Below, piece after piece: positions 11,138 through 20,265 of a stretch of DNA of 64,000 bases. The first letter of the stretch is position 1; every line of letters begins with the position of its first letter. A model generated the notes under the pieces. That model was not told the DNA's origin, made no database searches, and was given only the letters and a program-made list of their open reading frames with translations. The DNA is from Leptospira sp. GTDB lineage: Bacteria; Spirochaetota; Leptospiria; Leptospirales; Leptospiraceae. Location: positions 192,001 through 256,000 of the forward strand of contig JAWXAQ010000027.1 in the NCBI GenBank assembly GCA_034439575.1, given 5' to 3'. A program made the position numbers and the translations under genes.

Positions 11138-11446
11138 CTATCCGATTAGTTTTGTAAGTTCTCCAGAATTTGCCATCTGAACTGTAATGTCATGACCGCC
11201 CACAAATTCGCCCTTGATATAGAGCTGAGGGATCGTTGGCCAATTGGCAAATTCTTTGATTCCTTCACGAATATTCATATCTGATAGAACATTAAAAGAA
11301 TCAAAATCAATATTCAATTGTTTCAATACACCGACTACACCAGCAGAAAATCCGCATTGTGGCATTTCTGGTGTTCCTTTCATAAAAAGAAATACCGGTT
11401 TTGTTTTAATTAATTCTTCTATTTTCGTTTTCACACTTGGTTCCAT
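11138..11446 (-). CDS. grxD: monothiol glutaredoxin (Grx4)
   Basis: FMKGTP..PQCGFS, WPTIPQLY, GGHD. Confidence 0.95.
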   Translation of the reverse strand: MEPSVKTKIEELIKTKPVFLFMKGTPEMPQCGFSAGVVGVLKQLNIDFDSFNVLSDMNIREGIKEFANWPTIPQLYIKGEFVGGHDITVQMANSGELTKLIG

Positions 11447-11670
11447 TATTCACTCCTTGTTTCTAATGCTAATGCATGTATTTCTGCTTTCAACTCATCT
11501 TTTAATGTGGCATATACCATTCGATGTTGTTCTATTAATGACTTGCCCGCAAAGCCCTGATAGGTGACAAGTGCCTTTATATGAACACCATCTTTATAGG
11601 GATCAAGAATTTCAACCTTAGCACCGGGTAGTCCTGTTTCAATTTTATTTTGGATTTCTGGAAGAGTCAT
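11446..11670 (-). CDS. BolA/IbaG family protein
   Basis: DGVH, FAGKSLIEQHRMVY, EIHALAL. Confidence 0.9.
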   Translation of the reverse strand: MTLPEIQNKIETGLPGAKVEILDPYKDGVHIKALVTYQGFAGKSLIEQHRMVYATLKDELKAEIHALALETRSE

Positions 11671-11674
11671 AAAT

Positions 11675-12349
11675 TTATAAAATTCCTCCTAAATAGGAAT
11701 TTTGATTTTTAATGTATTGTATAAAACCAGCAGGAACTTCAGGTAAAACGGATTCTTGAACAGATGTTTTGTTTAAAAGTGTTTTAACCCATTTTTCTAA
11801 TTTTGGGAGCCCTTTATATAAATCCAAAAAGTCTGGTTTAACATCGATTAAATATTTGATTCTACCGAAGAAGGGAGCGAAAGCTGTATCTACCAAATGA
11901 AAGTTAAGGCCTGCGAAGTATTGGATATCTGAATTTGTATCTGGTAGAATATTTTCCAATTGAACAAATTTATTTTTGATAGATTCTCTATATTTTAAAT
12001 AATCTTTTTCTTCTTTTGATACACATAACATATATTGATCAGCAAGTAGGCTGCTTGCAAATTCTGTCCAAGATCTATGTTTAGCTTTAACAAGGGGATC
12101 CTTTGGATGAAGGCTTGGGGGTGTCACTTCATTTAGATATTCGTTTATGACGGCTGACTCAAACAAAACTTCCTCACCGACTTGAAGAGCCGGTACTCGC
12201 CCAAGTGGGGAAATTTTCAAAAACCAATCTGGTTTATTTGCCAGATCAATATATTCTATATCGAAAGGTATATTTTTTTCTTTGAGTGTGATCACCGATC
12301 TTTGCACATAAGGACATAATTTAAAGCTAATCAATTTGGGTTTAATCAT
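11675..12349 (-). CDS. glutathione S-transferase (omega/tau-like)
   Basis: CPYVQR, KPDWFLKISPLGRVP, FESAVINEYL, FHLVDTAFAPFF. Confidence 0.9.
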   Translation of the reverse strand: MIKPKLISFKLCPYVQRSVITLKEKNIPFDIEYIDLANKPDWFLKISPLGRVPALQVGEEVLFESAVINEYLNEVTPPSLHPKDPLVKAKHRSWTEFASSLLADQYMLCVSKEEKDYLKYRESIKNKFVQLENILPDTNSDIQYFAGLNFHLVDTAFAPFFGRIKYLIDVKPDFLDLYKGLPKLEKWVKTLLNKTSVQESVLPEVPAGFIQYIKNQNSYLGGIL

Positions 12350-12358
12350 AGGTACTAA

Positions 12359-12640
12359 TTAGACTGAATTTCCATCTACTTCTGTGTCAATTTCCAAAGC
12401 ATGCAATCCAGATTTTAATTCATGGGATAGTAACTCATATATTTTTCTATGTTTGGCAAGGACGCTAAGCCCTGCGAGTGAGCTTGCCTTAATCCTTACT
12501 TGGTAATGGGTTTCCCCACTCGGGGATGCGCCAACATGACCCACATGCGCTAAAGAATTGTCAATGACTGAAAGATATTCCGGATGCAGGGCATTTTCTA
12601 TAATTTTCCGAATGCGTTCTAATCTAGTTTCTAATTCCAT
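12359..12640 (-). CDS. bolA: BolA family protein
   Basis: DNSLAHVGH..GETHY, HRKIY, GLHALEI. Confidence 0.85.
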   Translation of the reverse strand: MELETRLERIRKIIENALHPEYLSVIDNSLAHVGHVGASPSGETHYQVRIKASSLAGLSVLAKHRKIYELLSHELKSGLHALEIDTEVDGNSV

Positions 12641-13394
12641 AACCTTTCTGCATCAAACGAACGTTAATTAAAAATAAAACTACACTCAAAATGGAAAGTA
12701 TGAAAAGGGAAAGATATACATTCACATCACTGATTCCTAAAAATCCATAACGAAATGCATTGACCATATAAAGGATAGGATTTCCAAAAGAAATCATTTG
12801 CCAAACCTCCGGCAAACTATGAATAGAATAAAAAACTCCGCCTAAATAAGTAAGGGGTGTGAGTATAAATGTGGGAATGATGGTGACATCATCAAATTTT
12901 TTAGCAAATAGTGAATTCAAAAAACCACCAAGGGAAAATAAAATGGATGTCAACAATACAGTGAACAATATCAAAAATCCATTATGAATCCGAAGTTTTG
13001 TGAAAAACATAGAAGTAAGGGTCACTAAAAATCCTACAGCCAATCCTCTAACAACACCACCAAATGTATAACCTAAAACGATCGTATAAGAAGAAGTAGG
13101 TGAAACGAGTAGTTCTTCTATATTTTTTTGCCATTTTGTGCCAAAAAATGAGGATACCACATTGCCATAAGCATTTGTAATCACACTCATCATAATGAGA
13201 CCTGGAACAATAAATTCTATATAAGTGAATTCACCGATTTTCCCAATTTGACGACCTACGAGTTCGCCAAAGATTAAAAAATAAAGTGACATGGTAATAA
13301 CGGGGGGAATCAGAGTTTGAATCCAAATTCGTATAATCCGAATCCATTCTTTTCTAACGATTGTTAATAGAGAGATAAGATTTTGTTTAAACAT
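12624..13394 (-). CDS. ABC-2 type transporter permease (YadH-like)
   Basis: RIWIQTLIPPVITMSLYF, FIVPGLIMM, LTPLTYLGGVFY, NPILYMVNAFRYG; multiple TM segments. Confidence 0.88.
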   Translation of the reverse strand: MFKQNLISLLTIVRKEWIRIIRIWIQTLIPPVITMSLYFLIFGELVGRQIGKIGEFTYIEFIVPGLIMMSVITNAYGNVVSSFFGTKWQKNIEELLVSPTSSYTIVLGYTFGGVVRGLAVGFLVTLTSMFFTKLRIHNGFLILFTVLLTSILFSLGGFLNSLFAKKFDDVTIIPTFILTPLTYLGGVFYSIHSLPEVWQMISFGNPILYMVNAFRYGFLGISDVNVYLSLFILSILSVVLFLINVRLMQKGYGIRN

Positions 13395-14328
13395 TTGAGC
13401 CTCTTTTATTGGTTAGGCTAAGAAATAGTTCTTCTAAGCGATTTGATTTGTTTCTTAAACTAGAAACTTGAATTTTTAGTTTTGATAACTCAGAAAAAAG
13501 GTCATTGATCGATTGGCCTTTTTTGATTTGTACTTCTAAAGTTTTTTGATCTAACCATTGAAACGGAAATTTTTTGGAAATAGGATTTTTTTGCGGACGG
13601 TCCTTAACATCAATGACAAACGTTTCTTTGTTTAAGCTTTGAAGCAATTGTTTCATGGAAGTGTTTTCAACGATTTTTCCATGATCGATAATGGCGATAT
13701 TACGGCATAAGGACTCTGCTTCTTCTAAGTAATGAGTGGTAAGAATAATCGTTTTTCCTTGTGAGTTCAGATCGATCAAAAATTCCCACATGGACCTGCG
13801 AATTTCAATATCAACTCCCGCTGTTGGCTCATCCAGAATCAATATCTTCGGATCATGGACAAGGGCTCTTGCGATCATTAGGCGGCGTTTCATACCACCT
13901 GAAAGTTGGCCTGATTGGGATTTCCTTTTGTCGTATAGCGAAAGTTTGTCTAAAAAATAGTTTACTTGTTCAATGGCATTTTTTCTAGGTATTCCATAAT
14001 AACCCGCTTGATTGATTAAAATATTTTCGACAGACTCAAAGATACCAAAATTAAATTCTTGAGGAACAATGCCGAGAAAAGTTTTTGAAAGTTCCGGTGA
14101 TTCATCAATATTTACACCGCATATTTTGACTGTACCTTTCGTTTTAGTCACAAGAGAACTGAGTATGCTAATCGTTGTGGATTTACCAGCACCGTTTGGT
14201 CCAAGCAATGCGAAAAAATCACCATATTGTATTTGTAAGTCGATGGAGTTTAGTGCACGTACACCACTGGCATAGGTTTTTTCTAATCCTTGGATGTCGA
14301 TTGCATATTTTGAGGAGAGTTCTTTCAT
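13387..14328 (-). CDS. ABC transporter ATP-binding protein (YadG-like)
   Basis: GPNGAGKS, LSGGMKRR, ILDEPTAGVD, TTHYLEEAE. Confidence 0.9.
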   Translation of the reverse strand: MKELSSKYAIDIQGLEKTYASGVRALNSIDLQIQYGDFFALLGPNGAGKSTTISILSSLVTKTKGTVKICGVNIDESPELSKTFLGIVPQEFNFGIFESVENILINQAGYYGIPRKNAIEQVNYFLDKLSLYDKRKSQSGQLSGGMKRRLMIARALVHDPKILILDEPTAGVDIEIRRSMWEFLIDLNSQGKTIILTTHYLEEAESLCRNIAIIDHGKIVENTSMKQLLQSLNKETFVIDVKDRPQKNPISKKFPFQWLDQKTLEVQIKKGQSINDLFSELSKLKIQVSSLRNKSNRLEELFLSLTNKRGSNV

Positions 14329-15374
14329 TATTTTCCGACCAGTTTTCTTGTTAAGTGATGTGTTTCATAAGAATGTTTCATACCTAGTTTTCGTAATTTT
14401 CTTTGTTCTTCGTCAGGTAATTGAATCAATTGTCTACAGGATTCAGAACAACAATTTTCCATTTTGATTTCGCATTCTTCACATTGTACGAACAAAACAT
14501 GGCAACCTAAATTGGCACAATTCGTATGACGGTCGCTAGGTTTTCCGCACTCATAACAAACAGTGAGTACATCATCAGTGATTTTTTCACCCAAACGGTC
14601 ATCGAAAACAAAGTTTTTGCCTATAAATTTTGACTTTAACCCATGTTCTTTAATGACTTTTGCATATGAGATAATTCCGCCTTGCAATTGGTGTACATTG
14701 GAAAATCCTTTGTGTTTCAAGTAGGCACTAGCTTTTTCACAACGGATCCCACCCGTACAGTAGAGTAATATTTTTTTTTCCTTTTTATCGGCTAATGCTT
14801 CTTCCACCATTGGCAATTCTTCCCGGAATGATCCAGCATCAGGACAGATTGCATTTTCAAAATGACCGACTTCTGATTCATAATTATTGCGAAGATCAAC
14901 TACCAAGACATCCGGTTCAGCCAAGGCATTATGAAACTCTAGTGGTGAAAGGTGGGTTCCCACATCACTTGCGTTAAATGAATCGTCATTGAGTCCATCG
15001 GCTACGATTTTTTTACGAACTTTGATTTTTAATTTTAAAAATGAATCTTTTTTATCTTCTACGGCTTCATTAAAGTAGATATTGGCTAATTCTGGTATGG
15101 AATCAATTTGGCTTCGAAGATGATTGTATTCGTCAATAGGGATTGAAATTTGTGCGTTGATACCCTCAGAAGCTAGATAAATCCTGCCGAGGGTCCCAAG
15201 TGCAAATAAATTTTCATATAAAAAATCTCTAAACTCTATGGGATCATTGATTTTTACATATCTATAAAAGGATAAAACTTTTCTTTCTCTGGGATCACTT
15301 AGCACTTGTTTTTTGAGAGTTTCTTTGTCATATTTATTAAATAGTAGTTTTTTTTTCATTTTAATAAACCTCAT
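14328..15374 (-). CDS. trhO: rhodanese-domain tRNA uridine(34) hydroxylase TrhO (YceA/UPF0176)
   Basis: SFYRY, GRIYLASEGINAQIS, DLRNNYESEVGHF, YCTGGIRCEKA, GKNFVFDDR, C-terminal Cys cluster. Confidence 0.88.
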   Translation of the reverse strand: MRFIKMKKKLLFNKYDKETLKKQVLSDPRERKVLSFYRYVKINDPIEFRDFLYENLFALGTLGRIYLASEGINAQISIPIDEYNHLRSQIDSIPELANIYFNEAVEDKKDSFLKLKIKVRKKIVADGLNDDSFNASDVGTHLSPLEFHNALAEPDVLVVDLRNNYESEVGHFENAICPDAGSFREELPMVEEALADKKEKKILLYCTGGIRCEKASAYLKHKGFSNVHQLQGGIISYAKVIKEHGLKSKFIGKNFVFDDRLGEKITDDVLTVCYECGKPSDRHTNCANLGCHVLFVQCEECEIKMENCCSESCRQLIQLPDEEQRKLRKLGMKHSYETHHLTRKLVGK

Positions 15375-16744
15375 TTTATAATCTGTGATTTTACTTTTCG
15401 AAAAGCATTTCTTGTGACTTCAGGAAGCGCTGGATGTATATAAATCATATTTAGAAGCTGGTCTAAGTTGGCTTTTAGATCCATAGCCAAGATCAATTGA
15501 TGGATCATATCACTTGCTTCGTCGCCGATGATATGTGCACCGAGGAGAGTTTCGGTTTCTTTATCTATTAGCACTTTTACAAAGCCTACATCAGACATTC
15601 TAGCCATTCCCATCGCAGAGGAGGAATAACGATTCACTCCCTTATAATACGGAATGTTCTTTGAAATTATTTCTTCTTCTGTTAGGCCCACACTTGCAAT
15701 CTGGGGATGAGTGAATACCGCAGAGGGTATGGATGGATATTGAATGGGTTCGCTAACATTTGCCTTGTAAAGATTTCGAAAAAGATATTCCCCTTCATAA
15801 TTTGCTGTATGTCGGAAAAAATATTTTCCTATCACATCACCAAAGGCAAAAACATCTTTAACATTCGTTTCTAAGTATTCATTTACTTGGATAAAACCTT
15901 TCTCATTCGTTTTGATCTCAGTATTTTGTAGATTCAAATTTTCTGTATTTGGTTGAATGCCAGTCGCCAAAAGTAACTTCTCTGCCTTGGAAGAAAATAT
16001 AGTTCCGTCTACTTTTGTTCCCGTTAGATGAAATTCATTGTCTTTGAATTCAATATGATCAATTGTAAAATGAGAATGGATCGGGAAGGGGAGAAACGCA
16101 TTCAATTCTTGTCGAATCTCACTATCCGCACCTCTTAAGATTTCAGTGCGAGTAAAACCTTCTACTTTACAACCATATCCTTGGTAGGCGGCACCTAACT
16201 CAAGTCCTATAAATCCAGCACCAATCACGATCATGGATTTAGGTAAATTTTTTGCTTGGAGGGCATCACGGGATGTCCAGTAAGGGGTATTTGCTAGACC
16301 TGGAATCTCAGGAATATGGGGTCTAGTCCCTGTAACAATGAATATATGTTTGGCGGTAAAATTCTTTCCGCCCGCTTCGATTACCTTATTTGATATGAAC
16401 TTGGCCTGCAGGGGAAAATAATCAATGTTTGGATTTTTTTCATAAGCCTCGGGAATTGATGCCGCATCCTGAGCAACGGTTTGATTCACCCTAGATATGA
16501 TTTTCGAAAAATCCGCAACCGGACGATTTGCAAAATGTATCGGGAATTTTTTTGAAGTGTCACTCGCGAAGAGTAGTTCAGTGGGATAGATTAACATCTT
16601 GGAGGGAATGCAACCGCGATTCAGGCAGGTTCCCCCTGGCGTTTCCATTTCAAAAACGGCAACTTTTTTGCCTATTTGGGACGGCGGTGTGACAAGTTTT
16701 GTACCAGCACCCGCGCCAATGACGATGATGTCATATTCTTTCAT
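15371..16744 (-). CDS. flavoprotein disulfide reductase (mycothione/glutathione reductase or Lpd family)
   Basis: GAGAG FAD motif, GGTCLNRGCIPSK redox disulfide, GAGFIG, AFGDV, IYIHPALPEV. Confidence 0.85.
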   Translation of the reverse strand: MKEYDIIVIGAGAGTKLVTPPSQIGKKVAVFEMETPGGTCLNRGCIPSKMLIYPTELLFASDTSKKFPIHFANRPVADFSKIISRVNQTVAQDAASIPEAYEKNPNIDYFPLQAKFISNKVIEAGGKNFTAKHIFIVTGTRPHIPEIPGLANTPYWTSRDALQAKNLPKSMIVIGAGFIGLELGAAYQGYGCKVEGFTRTEILRGADSEIRQELNAFLPFPIHSHFTIDHIEFKDNEFHLTGTKVDGTIFSSKAEKLLLATGIQPNTENLNLQNTEIKTNEKGFIQVNEYLETNVKDVFAFGDVIGKYFFRHTANYEGEYLFRNLYKANVSEPIQYPSIPSAVFTHPQIASVGLTEEEIISKNIPYYKGVNRYSSSAMGMARMSDVGFVKVLIDKETETLLGAHIIGDEASDMIHQLILAMDLKANLDQLLNMIYIHPALPEVTRNAFRKVKSQIIK

Positions 16745-16813
16745 GGTCGTTTGTTACATGGAATGAAACCTAGTATTTTCTGTAAATCCAGCTAAAACCA
16801 AAGTAAACAATTT

Positions 16814-17575
16814 TCAGGGAATAAAAGGATTTTTACGGCCTTGGATTCGTTCTATAATTTCATTCTTTCGTATCTCGAATGCATCTGCAGGGTCAATTTC
16901 ATTCCAATTTTCATAGAGTTTACGTTTGTCATTGGCAATTGGAATCGCCCATTGTTTTTCCATATATAAATAAATGCGAGCAATGTCTCCCCGAATGGTT
17001 TCCCTCGGTTCTGCCAATTTTTCTTTGAAGTCTACTTCAAAATCACAAATCCCATAGTTTCGTTTTTCACCAGGAATGATTCCAAAATCATAATTGCCCC
17101 GATCATTATTGATCTCACCGGGAGCGGGAACTAAGTTGTGTAAGTCGGCCTCGATTTCACGAAAGACAGGATCAGTTCCTTCACAACACTTACGTCCTTT
17201 TACTTTTTTTCCAGAGACTTCGCAATTCGTATCTGTCCAACAGCTTCTATTTTTTCCAAAGGCATGAGCAGGGACAATATGTTCCCATTCAATTAAAAAA
17301 CTTCGATCACTACCCGTTCTGGATTTTAATCCACAGTCATCATGGATTTGAAACCTTCCCTCCAAATCCTTGTGAGGTGAAAACTGACATCCACAATAAA
17401 ATTCCACTCCAACATTTTTATAAATTCGCCTGAGGAATTTTTTTGCCCTTTGAAAATCAGAAACAACAGTTTTTTTAGAAGGTGTTTCTTCGCCAATGAT
17501 TTGAGAAATAAAAATGGAAATAAGTAGCAATGAAAATGTGAGAAAAACAAAAATGAATTTGTTAGATTGATTCAT
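16814..17575 (-). CDS. exported endonuclease I (EndA/Vvn family)
   Basis: signal peptide, FYCGC, EWEHIVPA, EADLHNLVP, NNDRGNY, RGDIAR, QGRKNPF. Confidence 0.9.
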   Translation of the reverse strand: MNQSNKFIFVFLTFSLLLISIFISQIIGEETPSKKTVVSDFQRAKKFLRRIYKNVGVEFYCGCQFSPHKDLEGRFQIHDDCGLKSRTGSDRSFLIEWEHIVPAHAFGKNRSCWTDTNCEVSGKKVKGRKCCEGTDPVFREIEADLHNLVPAPGEINNDRGNYDFGIIPGEKRNYGICDFEVDFKEKLAEPRETIRGDIARIYLYMEKQWAIPIANDKRKLYENWNEIDPADAFEIRKNEIIERIQGRKNPFIP

Positions 17576-17588
17576 ATTAAATTTTATT

Positions 17589-18392
17589 TTACCATTTATC
17601 TCGGACAGAACGCAGGTAGATAAATAAATTTTCTTCAGATTTTAAAACATCTGGTGGCATATTCTGAAAATACTCTGGGTTACTTTCCATAACTTCCCTT
17701 AAACGAAAGAAAGGGTTTATTTTTAGTTCTTGGCCATACTCTGAGACGAAAGGTGAAGTTTCGCTATGATAGGTTCGGATTAAATTTTCTATTTCCGTGA
17801 GATAATGATTTTTCGGATCTACTTCTTTTGCAAATTTGATATTGTTTTCCCAATAGTCATGACCTGGATATAATTTCATTTCCAATGGAAATTGATTCAA
17901 TTTATTCTTTATGGTTTCAAATAATACTTTTGGTTCCCCACCTCGGTAACAATTTCCGACACCTGCATTAAAAAGAGTATCTCCCGAGAAGAGTGCCACA
18001 GTTTTTTTGGAAGTTTGTAGCACATAACAGTGATGACAAAAGGTATGGCCAGGTGTCTCAAGAGCAATTATCTTTGATTCATCATTTTCAAAGGCGATTT
18101 CATTATCTTTTATGACTTCATCTAGACCTGGTATTTTTTCTTTGGCACCAGGATGAGCTTTAACAATGGCACCTGTTTCTTCTTTTAATTCTAAGTTGCC
18201 TGCAACATGATCATGGTGTTCATGTGTATTTAAAATACTAACTAACTTTAGTTTTTTTTGTCGCAGAAAAGTGATTACGCTTTTTGATTCGAAAGGATCT
18301 ATACAAATTGCCTCTCCGCTTGTGTCAGAATAAACTACATAGGTATAATTCCGAAGCGGAGAGTGAGTGTAAATTTGTTGTACACTCAACAT
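17589..18392 (-). CDS. gloB: hydroxyacylglutathione hydrolase (glyoxalase II)
   Basis: THEHHDH, TPGHT, FSGDTLF, PGHDY, ELKINPF, LRSVRDKW. Confidence 0.85.
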   Translation of the reverse strand: MLSVQQIYTHSPLRNYTYVVYSDTSGEAICIDPFESKSVITFLRQKKLKLVSILNTHEHHDHVAGNLELKEETGAIVKAHPGAKEKIPGLDEVIKDNEIAFENDESKIIALETPGHTFCHHCYVLQTSKKTVALFSGDTLFNAGVGNCYRGGEPKVLFETIKNKLNQFPLEMKLYPGHDYWENNIKFAKEVDPKNHYLTEIENLIRTYHSETSPFVSEYGQELKINPFFRLREVMESNPEYFQNMPPDVLKSEENLFIYLRSVRDKW

Positions 18393-18398
18393 AAGAAT

Positions 18399-19622
18399 TT
18401 AATATAGAATTCTTGTTCTTATGGAATTTGGATGCGCCTTAATTTTGTTTTTTAACTCATCACCGAGATTTTTATCAATTTCCATAGACAGATAACCTAT
18501 GTTTGCTGATGTACTTAAGTTTTGGGTTAAAATATTTCCACCGAGATCAGAAATGATATGATTAATATCTCTTAAAAAACCTGGTTGGTTTTTATGGATA
18601 TTGAGTATTCTGTGGTGAGCTGGTTTCAAATTTCCAAGTTCAATGTTCGGAAAATTGACTGCAAAAGTTGTGGATCCATTATTGATAAATTTCAATAATT
18701 TCTGAGCCACTTCAGTTCCAATGTTTTTTTGAGCCTCTTCCGTCGAACCACCAACATGCGGTGTTAGAATCACATTTGGTAATCCTTGCAATGGGCTTTT
18801 GAATGGATCATCATTTGACTTTGGCTCTTCTGGAAAAACATCAATGCCCGCACCAGCAATTTTTCCCGATTTTAAACCTTCTGCCAAAGCTTCGATGTTT
18901 ACTACTTTACCTCGAGATAAATTTAATAGATATGATCCTTGTTTTATGATGTTTAAATGTTCTTTTCTAAAAAGATCTTGGGTCTCTGGAGTTTCGGGAA
19001 CATGATAGGTAATAAAATCTGAAAGTGTTAATAATTCTTCGTATGTTGCCACCGAACTCGCATTACCCAAAGGCAACTTTGACATCACATCAAAAAAAAC
19101 AACTTTTAGACCCATAGATTCTGCAAGAACAGAAACTTGCGATCCGATATGTCCATAGCCTACAATTCCTAAAGTTTTTCCTCTAACTTCAAAACATCCT
19201 TTGGCGATCTTATTCCACTTGCCCAAATGGACATCTCGCGATTGGTCTGTAGCCTTTCTTGCAAGCATGATGATCTCGGCTATAACGAGTTCGGCGACAG
19301 AACGAGTGTTGCTATATGGTGCATTAAAAACAGGAACGGCAATTTTTTCTGCCTCTTCCAAATCTACTTGATTCGTCCCAATACAAAAACAACCGATGGT
19401 TAATAGTCTTCTTGCATTTTTTAGAGCTTTGGCAGTAACGTTTGTTTTACTTCTAATCCCTAGAACATGTACTTCGCCAATGCGTCTCGTTAGTTCATCT
19501 TCTTCGAGAGCATCTTTTTCTAGAGTCACATCGAAGCCGTCTCTTTGAAAAATTTCATAGGCATCTTTGTGAATATTTTCGAGTAATAGGACTTTTATTT
19601 TTCCCTTAGGGTAAGATTCCAT
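18399..19622 (-). CDS. serA: D-3-phosphoglycerate dehydrogenase (E. coli type, with ACT domain)
   Basis: GIRSKT, GCFCIGTNQVDL, NAPYSNTRSVAEL, GYGHIG, TPHVGGSTEEAQ, HKNQPG. Confidence 0.95.
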   Translation of the reverse strand: MESYPKGKIKVLLLENIHKDAYEIFQRDGFDVTLEKDALEEDELTRRIGEVHVLGIRSKTNVTAKALKNARRLLTIGCFCIGTNQVDLEEAEKIAVPVFNAPYSNTRSVAELVIAEIIMLARKATDQSRDVHLGKWNKIAKGCFEVRGKTLGIVGYGHIGSQVSVLAESMGLKVVFFDVMSKLPLGNASSVATYEELLTLSDFITYHVPETPETQDLFRKEHLNIIKQGSYLLNLSRGKVVNIEALAEGLKSGKIAGAGIDVFPEEPKSNDDPFKSPLQGLPNVILTPHVGGSTEEAQKNIGTEVAQKLLKFINNGSTTFAVNFPNIELGNLKPAHHRILNIHKNQPGFLRDINHIISDLGGNILTQNLSTSANIGYLSMEIDKNLGDELKNKIKAHPNSIRTRILY

Positions 19623-19680
19623 ATAAGAACAAGATTTTTTCCTTTGCGAAAGCTTGCATCTCGAAAAAGATGAGAATCAA

Positions 19681-20229
19681 ATGGAAAGATTTCGTAAAAT
19701 TAGTTCGGTAATTTTTGTTTTTAGCCTTCTTTGCCTATCCTTTGTAAATTGTTCGTCATCAAAAGCCTATACGATACAGTATGAGCCCACACTCGAACAA
19801 TTGGTCTCAGAAACAGAGGAAATCTGTTTGAATCGAAGACTTTTTATCTTCTCTGCAAGGCCTTGTCTTATTTTACGTGGGGAAAAAGACAATGCTTCCT
19901 CCGTCATTCAATACTACCTTCGTTATGAGATTGGTTCTTTTGATGTAGATCTTCCTCTTGGAATTTCCATGAAGTTTGGAGATGTGTGGCACAATTTAAA
20001 AAAATCTGCGACAAACTATTCTGATACCATAACCGTCGTTTCACTTTTTACAAATGAAGATTTGTTGGCACTCACTTCCTCATCGAAAATGGAATTGAGT
20101 TATACGAACAGAGCAAAGACAGAAAATTTCAAACTAAGTGACTCAGATGTTTCTAAAGTAAAGGATGGATTTGTCAAAATTCAAAGATTACTAGAATCTG
20201 AAAAAAAAATGACGATCTTAAAAAAGTAA
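19681..20229 (+). CDS. hypothetical lipoprotein
   Basis: basic N-terminus, hydrophobic stretch and SFVN-C lipobox; ATG 19681 preferred over TTG 19654. Confidence 0.65.
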   Translation: MERFRKISSVIFVFSLLCLSFVNCSSSKAYTIQYEPTLEQLVSETEEICLNRRLFIFSARPCLILRGEKDNASSVIQYYLRYEIGSFDVDLPLGISMKFGDVWHNLKKSATNYSDTITVVSLFTNEDLLALTSSSKMELSYTNRAKTENFKLSDSDVSKVKDGFVKIQRLLESEKKMTILKK

Positions 20230-20235
20230 AACTAA

Positions 20236-20255
20236 ATGGGGAGAGGGCTCCCCAT
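20236..20255. terminator. hairpin between convergent genes, probable bidirectional terminator
   Basis: ATGGGGAG-AGGG-CTCCCCAT perfect 8-bp stem flanked by A/T runs. Confidence 0.65.
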
Positions 20256-20265
20256 AAAAATTCTC

